From positions 806,001 to 870,000 of the forward strand of contig CP142730.1 in NCBI GenBank assembly GCA_036630325.1: a stretch of 64,000 nt of DNA, read 5' to 3'. Numbering within the stretch: the first letter of the stretch is position 1; each line of letters begins with the position of its first letter. Source of the stretch: Vairimorpha necatrix. Taxonomy: Eukaryota. The notes beneath the pieces are model-generated. The model was not told the DNA's origin. It ran no database searches and saw nothing but the letters and a program-made list of their open reading frames with translations. Below, one piece after another: positions 33,442-43,725 of the stretch. The position numbers were made by a program, and so were the translations under genes.

Positions 33442-34130
33442 GGGGGTATAATTTTCGAATTTGCTTTATGTTAATAATAAATATAAAAAAAAAAACTAAA
33501 AAAAAGAAATTGAAATAAACCTCGTCTTATTGATAATCAAAAATTTTACAACATAGTATTAGAAAGATTTTTTGATTAAAAAAATATTTTGACAGCTTTC
33601 AAGATGCCTTCTAGATTATATCAGAGCATGACATAATCATTAAATTTATAAAATAAAAAAAGCAAAAATACAACAGAAAATTATAAAACTCACAATTCAT
33701 TTTATTATAAATGCATAAACTAAAAAGTTAAAAATTCATTTTTTAAAAGTAAAAGTAAGGGAAAATAATACATGGCTGGCAGATATTCAGTCGTCCTGCG
33801 ACCTACCGTTTAAAAATCAACAACCAAAAAATATAATCCGAAAAGAACAAAAACTAGAGAAAATATAACGTCAAAAGGCATAAAAAATAAACGGAGCTGG
33901 GATCCGAAAGACCCCCCCCCCTCTGAGGGTGTTCACTTTATTTTTTTGAACCCCCAAAACGAAGTGCAAAATAAAGGAGGAGCAAAGAAGAGACAAAAAT
34001 TACTAAGCACTTATGATATTAAAAATAACAAATAAATACATGCTTTTATTCAAAATTTAATTTTAAATTTAGTTATAATAATCATTTAAAGTGTTGTATC
34101 TTTTTTGCCCTTCTTATTTTTTCCATTTTT

Positions 34131-34203
34131 TTTTAATTGTTGGTTTATTATAAAAGTAGATTTTTGAAGAAAATCTACTTTTATAATAAACCAACAATTA
34201 AAA
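34131..34203. repeat. Perfect palindrome, 34-bp arms, 5-nt loop
   Basis: TTTTAATTGTTGGTTTATTATAAAAGTAGATTTT-TGAAG-AAAATCTACTTTTATAATAAACCAACAATTAAAA. Confidence 0.95.
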
Positions 34204-34288
34204 TTATTAATATTATTTATATAAGAAAATTTAAATAAATGTTCAACGATCTATACAGATTGTTAAATCAAAAAATTTAATTTAAAAT

Positions 34289-36370
34289 TGTCATGTATCC
34301 GGGGTACATGGCCATTTTTATAATATCTCTCTAAATAGTTTTTAATGTAAATATGTTTATTGATGGTTTTAGTCTCTCTTGGATTCTATATATTCCATAC
34401 CCTTCACAGACAGACTTTCTTTTATAGTTTATTTTTAATTTAAAGATTCTTGTCAACACTAAACTACAAACATTGGCGTACTTACGAATGTAGTAACGAC
34501 CATGCAACTTTCGTTTGTTTGTTTGTGCGACTCATCTTGACATGTAACTTGAAATGCTTGACATGTCTTTGGAAATCAGTGACAGATGACATATTTGACA
34601 TCTGTTCATGTGATGTAGCAATGTACATCACATTCTGCCCTCTCCTAAAGCTTTAAATTTTTTAAAGTTCTCCATTCATTGTTGCATGTTGCTGACCACC
34701 CTTCATGTTTAGATATTATATTCGGCGGGTCTACTATTGCTTTATCTATAACCCTACTTAACATTTTTTGCTTTTTCTTCGTGTTTATACTTTCTAATAT
34801 TTCATTTTTTTTCTTTCTTATTTTATATGTCTTCTTTTGTTTATATTTATCACGGTATTTTATTTTTATTAATTTATTACCTCGATTTCTTTTATTATCA
34901 TCTTTTTTATTTTCTTTTTCTATATTTTTCATCGGATTGTTAAGCTTCTTGTCAATATCTGTATTTCTTTTGACAATTGAATCCTTCTCTTTTAATATAT
35001 TTGTTCCAACTACATTCTGTAGTTTCTCATGACTAAGCGTTTTCGCTATTATTTCATCATTTTTCGATGTTTCAAGTTTTGTTTTCACTTCTTTTGAATT
35101 TTCTTTATTAGTTACTTCTTGATTTTTTATTTTAATGTTCTCGACTTTATTTTCTCTATTAAATACTACCTCTTCTGGTATGTTATTTTTCTTTATTTCT
35201 CTAATTGTAAATAATTTTTCTGGAACAATATTCGGCATTTTTATGTTTTCTAAATTTTTCTTAAGCTGCTCTGAGGTATTGTTTAGTCTAAAGCAATCCT
35301 CTGTATTGTGCGTACTGTTTTTATGGAGGCGGCACCATTTATTGTTCTTGTAACCGTCCTTTTCGGTCTCAAACTTGAATCTATCATTATGAACTGATTC
35401 ATATGTTATTTCACGCCTTTTTCCTTCAAAAATCAAACACTCTTCCACTGTTTCTAAATACGTCATGGTTTCTTCGACGTTATTTTTTCCAAGCTCTAAT
35501 ATCTTAAGACGAGTGGAAAAACCTAATCCCAAGAAAAAACTCTCTCTTAACTTTCTTTCGTATTCTTTTCTCGTTAAGTTTTCTAGTCTAGCATACTGAT
35601 CTACTAGATTCTTTATTTCAAACAAATATTCTTTAATGTATCTGAAATTAATTTGTTTACATGCCTGTAGCTTTAAATGTAGCATCTCAGGACTTGATCT
35701 TTGACTTACATTTTTTTCAATATATCTTCTTATTTTTTCTAAATCTGGTAATCCAAATATTTGTTGCAATGTGGGATCTCGCACTAATTCTCCTAAGGCG
35801 ATTTTTTCTTTTTTAAAATCCCATTTTTTATTTCTGCTGATTTGGTTGAAATCCTCAAACCATGTATCTAGCTCCATTTCATTATATTCTTTTATGTTTT
35901 TTATTATACTTAAGTTTTTTTTTACTTCTAAATCGATCTCTTCGATCGTATACTTAAATTCTAACGCTTCTTTAATTACTGCGTTGTTGTCCCCTTTTGA
36001 TACTTTGTGGGAATTGAATTCAATTATGTCATGTATCCGGGGTACATGGCCATTTTTATAATATCTCTCTAAATAGTTTTTAATGTAAATATGTTTATTG
36101 ATGGTTTTAGTCTCTCTTGGATTCTATATATTCCATACCCTTCACAGACAGACTTTCTTTTATAGTTTATTTTTAATTTAAAGATTCTTGTCAACACTAA
36201 ACTACAAACATTGGCGTACTTACGAATGTAGTAACGACCATGCAACTTTCGTTTGTTTGTTTGTGCGACTCATCTTGACATGTAACTTGAAATGCTTGAC
36301 ATGTCTTTGGAAATCAGTGACAGATGACATATTTGACATCTGTTCATGTGATGTAGCAATGTACATCACA
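34289..36370 (-). mobile_element. Non-autonomous gag-only LTR retroelement (2082 bp)
   Basis: Identical 344-bp LTRs (34289-34632, 36027-36370; TG...CA). TSD AAAAT on both sides. PPT AGGAGAGGGCAGAA. No pol. Confidence 0.93.
34645..35877 (-). CDS. Gag-like protein with CHHC knuckle and Lys-rich tail
   Basis: LDTWFEDF...W, KQINFRYIKEY, FFLGL and WCRLHKNSTHNTEDC; lies between the LTRs. Confidence 0.85.
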   Translation of the reverse strand: MELDTWFEDFNQISRNKKWDFKKEKIALGELVRDPTLQQIFGLPDLEKIRRYIEKNVSQRSSPEMLHLKLQACKQINFRYIKEYLFEIKNLVDQYARLENLTRKEYERKLRESFFLGLGFSTRLKILELGKNNVEETMTYLETVEECLIFEGKRREITYESVHNDRFKFETEKDGYKNNKWCRLHKNSTHNTEDCFRLNNTSEQLKKNLENIKMPNIVPEKLFTIREIKKNNIPEEVVFNRENKVENIKIKNQEVTNKENSKEVKTKLETSKNDEIIAKTLSHEKLQNVVGTNILKEKDSIVKRNTDIDKKLNNPMKNIEKENKKDDNKRNRGNKLIKIKYRDKYKQKKTYKIRKKKNEILESINTKKKQKMLSRVIDKAIVDPPNIISKHEGWSATCNNEWRTLKNLKL

Positions 36371-37644
36371 AAAATATGTTAAGTTATTTAGAATTATATA
36401 GTTTTATGGTTATATTCTTTTTTTAAATTAAATTTCGTATACAAATATATAATTATTTGGTATTTTTACTGTTTAAAGATGCAAGTAATTTGAGTGCTAA
36501 TGATTGCTCCTCCTTCATTTTGCACTTCGTTTTGGGGGTTTAAAATAATAAAGTGAACACCCTCAGAGAGGAGCATTTGGGTCCCCAATTCCAATAAATA
36601 AGAAGGGCAAAAAAGATACAACACTTTAAATGATTATTATAACTAAATTTAACATTAAATTTTGAATAAAAGCATGTATTTATTTGTTATTTTTAATATC
36701 ATAAGCGCTTAGTAATTTTTGTCTCTTCTTTGCTCCTCCTTTATTTTGCACTTCGTTTTTGGGGTTCAAAAAAATAAAATGAACACCCTCAGGGGGGGGG
36801 GTTTATTAGCCCGTTTAGCCAAATAAACATTATGGGGAAATTATAGACTGGGGTTTGACGACCCAAAAAGAGTTTTCGTAAGCCAAATGTCCATTTATTT
36901 TTCTAAAAATCCTTTCTCCGGGCCGTGTATGAATTAATTTCATTTTTGTGGATGTAAAACATAGTACAAATTCCTTACATTACAAACTTAGAAAAAGAAG
37001 GAGAATATTTATGGAACAAACTTCTCTTGTGCCCAGGGCGATCTTAGTACTATTGATGACCTGCCACTAGACATACAATTTTGGGGTTCTCTCAACTTAT
37101 TATTACATACATATTTTAAGATTCAGTTTGAAAAAATTTTATGTGGATATACAAAGTTTTAAAAAGTGTGGTATATGTGCAAATGTTTGTGGAAAAGTAA
37201 AACGCCCTTTATATATGTGTTGTTGGTATTTTTTGTGCTAAAAAACCAAAAACAAAATGTAAAAATAATTATTGAATAATTTAAATTTTAAAAATAATAA
37301 ATAAAATTGTTTATATACAAAATTCAATATAAAATCATGCCATTACAACTAAATATATCTTAATTACTGTTTTGAGGAAAACCTATCTGAAATTTTATTT
37401 TTGTTATTATAATCATTTTATAATGTACAATATGGGTTTTATTGTTCGACTTTGCACGGTTTCTCTTTATAGTTACTTTATTAATGTTAAAGATAATTGT
37501 AAGTTAAGGGTTAAATTTATTAAATATATATTCTCAACAATTACATATTAAAATTAAAAAAAATCACTTAGTATAATTAACAAAACGCACAAAAAAAAAA
37601 CAAAATGTATAGTGCAAGCAAATGCTCAATGCGGCTAAAGTGCA

Positions 37645-38846
37645 CTACAGCCCCCGCTTTTAGAGGTATACAATGTTTTTTCGAGCCTTAAAATAGAGTG
37701 CAAAAAAAGGAGTAAGCAAGAAAGAGACATAAAATACTGACATCTTTTGATTTTTAAATACTTAATAGAATTTTCAAATGACTTTAAATATTTTTATAAA
37801 CCAGTATAATTGATTAAAATAATTATTTAACAAGTTTGATATGGAAGTTTTTGTCTTTGTATATTCTTAATCAAACATATTTAAAAAGCATTTTATACTT
37901 TTTACCGTTCGGTTTAGTATTGGTGCCACTATTTTTTCTGCAGATCAAGTTCCTTCAATTGTGTTTGCATGGACATCATTAATGGATTTACAAAATTGAT
38001 TAGATGATTGATCGTAAAGTATTTATAGATTCCTATTTTTGCTAAATTACGTATTTTTTTGAAATTTGTATATATTATGGATCCAGATAATACGTATTCT
38101 TTGATAAAACTTTCCTAAGTTTCCCTATTCCTTTTTTAAGCAAGACTAACACTCTTGCATTTGTCCTTTAGACTATTCTAAGTGCCCAGGCACCGTCAAC
38201 TTTCTGCCCTGCCATGTATTTCCTTTCCCGAATTTAGATTCGTCAATCTCTACAACTATACCCGTCATCAAATCTTCTTATAGCTGATAACAATAACACT
38301 AACTATACTAATAATCGTATTAATCGTTTTTACGTATGGATAAAATATTTTTCATAATTTTAAGAGAAGTATTATCAAAAAAAATATAAATTACCTGACA
38401 AATAATTAAATATGGTACATAAGCGTTGAAAAAAGGCTTTTTGTTTGTCAAAACGTGTTCTTATTCACACGTTCTCGTCGAATATTTGAGTTTGTTTTCG
38501 ACTTAGACTTATTTTTAATTCTGAATGCAGAATATACAGAATATGGGTTTTATATTTATGTCTATTATAATATCTAAGATTCTTCGACAACTTTAAAGTT
38601 CTTAATCATTTTTAAGGGTCTGTATAATGAGTCTGAAGCAAATTCTGAAATTCAAATCATATTTTTAAACCAAATAATTAAGCAAAGTTCTTTCAAAAAT
38701 TTAATTTAAGGTTATTTTATTCTATAGACTTTTAGTATTTTAGTATCAAAATTTGTCAGCATTTTATGTCTCCTTCTGCTCCACCTTTTTGCACTTCATT
38801 TTTGAGCTCGAAATAAAAACTTGGCACTCATAAATGCGAGGCTGTT
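37645..38846 (-). mobile_element. Decayed Merlin-type DNA transposon
   Basis: Diverged TIRs at ~37645-37742 and ~38754-38846. The minus strand gives VVEIDESKFGK, KVDGAW and VHANTIEG with stops. Confidence 0.85.
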
Positions 38847-38851
38847 AAATA

Positions 38852-39195
38852 TGTCATGTATCCCTAGGACATGTCCGTTTTTATAATGAAACTCTAAATA
38901 GTTTTTGGTGTAATTTTTTTATATTTTTTATTGTTGTTATTTTATCATTCTATCTATATTTTTATCGCTGCCCTAAACTGCAAACTTTTTTTTATATTTT
39001 TTTTATTAATTGTTGTCAACACGAAACTACAAGCATTGGAGTACTTACGAATGTAGTATTAACCATACAACATAAGTAGGGTTGTTTGCGTAACTTATCT
39101 TGATAGGATGCTAAAGATGCCTAACATGTCTTTGGACATATGTGATAGATGACGTTTATGACATCTGTTCTTGTGATGTTATACTATAAATCACA
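38852..39195 (-). mobile_element. Solo LTR related to the 344-bp LTR family
   Basis: TGTCATGTATCC...ATCACA, 344 bp, colinear with 34289-34632 but diverged. Flanks AAATA/GTATC do not match. Confidence 0.88.
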
Positions 39196-40535
39196 GTATC
39201 CTATTTCGATATTTGTTTAGAAAATAGTAACAATATTGTTTAAATTTTGATTTTTTTGTATTTTAACATAAGAAGATGTTAGTAAGTTTTGTCCTTTTTC
39301 ATCTTTTTTTGATCCAAGAAAATGAACGCTTAAAGGTTGGGTTCCTTCGCACCTCATATTCAATAACTCATATCAAACGGTATTTCGATTCAACATTTTT
39401 AATATTTTCATAGGTCTATTTTTATTCTGAAGTTTTTAAGTTCATCAATAGTTATTTTTTCGAATGGTTTTTTACACAACTTTTAGAAGTTCAAAAAACA
39501 ATTTTAAAGAATGAAGGTAACAAGTCAAATAAAAAACTGAAATGATTATATTATAAAAAATCGATTTTGACATAGGAATTTGTTTCTTTCTTTGGATATC
39601 TATTATCAAGTATTTTAGTACTTATAAATAGACATATAATTTTTTTTTGTGATTTGAATTTAAATACGAGGCATATATTTTGAACGGTATACTTTAGCGA
39701 TTATAAAAAATTATGCCTTTCGGTATGTAGAATTAAAAGTTATAATATTAGAAATAAGACTCATTACAACATTTAAATAAGCCGAATCTTTGAAGACAAG
39801 TACAATCACATAAATAGGCTTTATTTTTTAAAATGGGAAAATCTCCCCAAATGTACTATTGGACAAAAATTAAAATTTTTATTTATGTTAATATGTAAAA
39901 GATAATAGGTGTTATGCGTATCTGATGCACACATCATGACAAGGACAAAACAATATTCATTGATGTTTTTCTTTGAGTTATTACAAAAAACAAAAAAAAC
40001 GGGCCTCAAAAAATTGTAATATTAGAAGTTGAACAAAGATGGCATCACTAAATTGCCAAGAACAGTGATAACTTATGTTATAACCCAGATATAAATATCA
40101 TACGATCAATATTATTTTAAGTGAGCAAAATGTTAAAAATTTTAGATTCTAATTTTCTGCAAGTAATTGTGCTTGAAAAATTATTTTGGCAACATTTAAC
40201 GTAGCGGGTTATTGTACAGTACAGACTTTTTCTAGAAGCAAGGTAAAATTAAGTGTTTTACTTTATTTATAGTTGTATTCTTTATTCAGCGCCAAATTAT
40301 TTATCGATCCAGCTCTCAGCATTGCAGTGCAACTTAACTTCTCCAATGTTTTTTCCGGATGTTTGACACCAGCTGAAATTTTCCATCACCAATCTCTTGA
40401 GGATTCTTTTTATTTAAAAAGATAAAATTAAGTATATATGTATTATATAAATAGCACATATTAAACAATATGAGCCATGTTTCACAGCACAATACAATAT
40501 TGGTATTGCGCATTGTAATAATTTAAATTAAAACA

Positions 40536-42806
40536 TTAATTTATTTTTTCCTGATCCTCTAATACTTTCGTCATTTTATTATGCAATGCAACCCCTTCGT
40601 GTTCATTAAGCAACCTCGATAATTTGTTTTTAGACAATATTGAACAAATTTGATGCAGAGTTTTCTCCTTATTTTTAGGTGTAACCCAATAATTTTTCAA
40701 TTTAATCCCGAATAAATCCACCAAAACAACATTTAAATTTTTTTCACACCAAATAAAAACAATTTTCTTGATATCATTGGTTACTTTTTGAAAGAAATTT
40801 TGTCTTAATTCGTTTTCATACTCAATCATAAATAGATTATCATATACATTTAACATAGCACACAAATTTTTCATTATTTTATCGAACTTAAATGTATTTT
40901 CGATTTCTTTTTTCCCTATTTCTCTGAGTTTTTTTTCGAATTTGGTGGTTAGATCTTTAATAATTAAATCATCTACTTCTATTTTATAAGCTGCTTCCAT
41001 AATTTCATTAAACAATGTATTAAACATCGATTTGTTCATTTTCCGTAAATTTTTTTTTATTTCTAATTCTTCACTTATTGTTTTCTCCTTTATTTCATCT
41101 AAAATAATTTTTATTTTATTATAATATTGCAATCTTGGCTTTTCGTCATCTTCTTTACAGTTTTCGACCAATTTTTTCTTGATAATTGCAACATTTTTTT
41201 CTATTTCTTTTTTATTTATCATAAAATCTCTAAGGACTACGTAATTTTGTGTATAAAACCGATTAGAAAGTAGTTCACATTGATTTTCTTCTAATCCAGT
41301 AAATAATGAGGTCGTTTTAATATAATATGTCAAAACTTTCTTTGTATAATTTGAAATTTCCTTCAAATGAAAATTTACTATTTCTTGGTATATTTCAAAC
41401 AAATCTATATTATTATTTTTATTTTCATCTTTATGATATTTAGACTTAATTAGTTTTCCTATTTCTTTCAAAGAATCAAATATTTTGTCATTTATCGTAT
41501 CGTTTTCCTTTAGATATTTTTCTGTTTCTAAAAAAAGGCAAATCGTTATTAGGTAAATAGCCGGAGCATTTACATCAAGTTTTAATTTTTTTACTAATGT
41601 TTTTGCAATCTCACTTTTAATCAGCTCATCATGCTCTATATTATTATTTACTTCATTTTCTCCAATTATTTTCATATAAAACAAAAGATGTTTTAGTAAT
41701 ATATGTAATGCCGTTCTTTTTTTAGACAAAATTCTCTTGATTAAAAATTCTACTTTGTCTTCACTTTTTACTAATCTAGAAAAAATTTCGAATCCTTTAG
41801 CGTACTTATTGCTTCGCTTTACCAAATGCAATTTTTTAAAAATTTCTTGAAATTCATGATAACATGATTCGGTAATAATTAGTTTCCGTTGTGGACCAAG
41901 ATCGTTATTTATTACATATACAAATTCAAAAGCATTGTGGCGAAATAATATCATGTCATTTTTTATCTCTAGCATAAATTTTTTACATGATGATCTAATT
42001 ATAGAATTTGATGATGGTTCCAATGAATAGGTAAAGCAAGAATTCACACTTTCAATATAAAAAGAAGCTTTATACAAATTTAAGATACGTTTACAAATTA
42101 TTTGATCAGTATTGTTTTTAAATGGCGTCTTTACTTCTATCAAATTCAAATTTTTTTCCACATCAAACTCAGCAACATTTACCTCAAAAAAACAACATAT
42201 ATTATTTATAGGAATGAAAAAATTTATATAGGATTCGTCATTTTTTTTTATATAAATAATTTGTGAATTAAGTATAAGTAAATTGTCTCCATTTCTGTTA
42301 CTTTCAGCTAATGTTAGCGTTTTAGCATACAAACTACGCTGATCAATGATATATTCATAAATTATATCTGGTCGAACAATCGAATTCTTTCTTTTACAAT
42401 TTTCTTTTTCCAAATGATTAATTATTTCTAAAACTATATTGCTTCTAATTGTAAACGAAGATAAATAAGTCAATACAATTGCATCTGTTTGATTTGATAC
42501 ATATTCATCTAATACAATATCTTCGAAAACTTTGATCATATCTTCGAGAGTTTGATTATTACATTTAAGTTTAAAATGTTTATATTTTTCACTGACAATG
42601 ATATTGAATGTTGTTTTGATAGAAACGTAAAGTACGTTGGTATCGTCTTGAAAACGTAGGTTAATTATCATGTATTGTTTTTCTAGGTTAATAATTTTGT
42701 ATTGTTTATTTTGTATCTTATTGTTTATTATAATGTTGAGTTGATCATACACACGTTGACATCCTTGTATAAAGAACATAGCAAAAAAAATATTGATAAT
42801 TATCAT
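40536..42806 (-). CDS. ~756-aa signal-peptide protein, family paralogue 4
   Basis: Same motifs (YDQLNIIINNKI, ICLFLETEKY, SLFTGLEEN, EGVALHNKMTKVLED); closest to paralogue 3. Start context CCCACATG. Confidence 0.9.
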   Translation of the reverse strand: MIIINIFFAMFFIQGCQRVYDQLNIIINNKIQNKQYKIINLEKQYMIINLRFQDDTNVLYVSIKTTFNIIVSEKYKHFKLKCNNQTLEDMIKVFEDIVLDEYVSNQTDAIVLTYLSSFTIRSNIVLEIINHLEKENCKRKNSIVRPDIIYEYIIDQRSLYAKTLTLAESNRNGDNLLILNSQIIYIKKNDESYINFFIPINNICCFFEVNVAEFDVEKNLNLIEVKTPFKNNTDQIICKRILNLYKASFYIESVNSCFTYSLEPSSNSIIRSSCKKFMLEIKNDMILFRHNAFEFVYVINNDLGPQRKLIITESCYHEFQEIFKKLHLVKRSNKYAKGFEIFSRLVKSEDKVEFLIKRILSKKRTALHILLKHLLFYMKIIGENEVNNNIEHDELIKSEIAKTLVKKLKLDVNAPAIYLITICLFLETEKYLKENDTINDKIFDSLKEIGKLIKSKYHKDENKNNNIDLFEIYQEIVNFHLKEISNYTKKVLTYYIKTTSLFTGLEENQCELLSNRFYTQNYVVLRDFMINKKEIEKNVAIIKKKLVENCKEDDEKPRLQYYNKIKIILDEIKEKTISEELEIKKNLRKMNKSMFNTLFNEIMEAAYKIEVDDLIIKDLTTKFEKKLREIGKKEIENTFKFDKIMKNLCAMLNVYDNLFMIEYENELRQNFFQKVTNDIKKIVFIWCEKNLNVVLVDLFGIKLKNYWVTPKNKEKTLHQICSILSKNKLSRLLNEHEGVALHNKMTKVLEDQEKIN

Positions 42807-43589
42807 GTGGGTAAGAAATTAAAAAATATTTATACAAAAATTAAATAAATTATATTAAAAACTTTGTAAATTTAACAAACCCCATTATATTTAAAATGCT
42901 ATTGTTTTTTACTCTGTGTTTTCTTCATATAAAGATAAATGAATTGATGGGCATATTGATTTTTCTAATAAAACATAGTCAAAAATTAAAAAATTTGAAC
43001 TTAATCTAAGAATTAAAAAATTAGTTGTTTATAAAAGTTTTTTATTACTTGTTTTTTCTAAAGATAAATAATTTATAGACTAAATAAAAACTTTTTTTAT
43101 CATAATAGTCTTAATCCGTTTTATATTACAATAAATCCATGCAAAAATAATACAAATATGAATCTTAAATAATGAAAAAATGTCAACTTGTTACGTTTCA
43201 ATCAAATTCTAAAGTTCATTTGAAATAAATGACATTTAAAAATTATACAAACTTGTAAGAAAATTATTTTTATTTATTTATAGCTAAAACACAAAATACA
43301 ACTTTAATGTAAGTTCCCAATCACAATGGCAAATGTAATTTGCATCTTCTTTTATATATTGCGACCCCCATCAAACGTCTTCTTGAACTGTCAAAGTAGG
43401 TCATATAAACAAATGAACAAACAAATATTGTAACAGATACTACATTCGGATGTACACCAGTGTTTTTATTGATATCTAAACAATAGATAACTTAAAAATT
43501 AAATATAAAAAAAAGTTGTGAAGAACGATTTCACATTGACGAAGAAAAATATTGAAAAATGGCACTTAAGAGGGGAGCAGGGATGGGAT

Positions 43590-43705
43590 GCTTTAGCCAG
43601 CGCATTTGAGGGTGGACGATTTTTTTTCGAGCCTCAAAAACGAAGTGCAAAAAATGGAGAAGCAAAGAAGGAACAAAAATTAATGAGCACTTATGATAAT
43701 TAGAA
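43590..43705 (+). repeat. Merlin-family TIR copy (further copies at ~46290-46380, ~47945-48055, ~49395-49485)
   Basis: GAGGGTG...TTTTCGAGCCTCAAAAACGAAGTGCAAAAAATGGAGAAGCAAAGAAGG matches the TIR of 23953-24080. Confidence 0.8.
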
Positions 43706-43725
43706 TATTAAATTAATATATTATT

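Larger units (their letters stand above)
33912..36801. mobile_element. Composite Merlin-TIR-bounded non-autonomous element with ~205-bp inverted arms
   Basis: 33912-34119 and 36596-36801 are near-identical inverted repeats that begin with the TIR family of 23953-25189. An extra related TIR lies at ~36470-36572. Confidence 0.8.

Noticed and set aside
34450-36382. Duplicated small ORFs MSTLNYKHW (34450, 36188)
   Set aside because: Antisense translations of the two identical LTRs, with TTG starts.
36840-37210. Possible transposase zinc-ribbon remnant (KCGICANVC)
   Set aside because: Too short and degraded to support.
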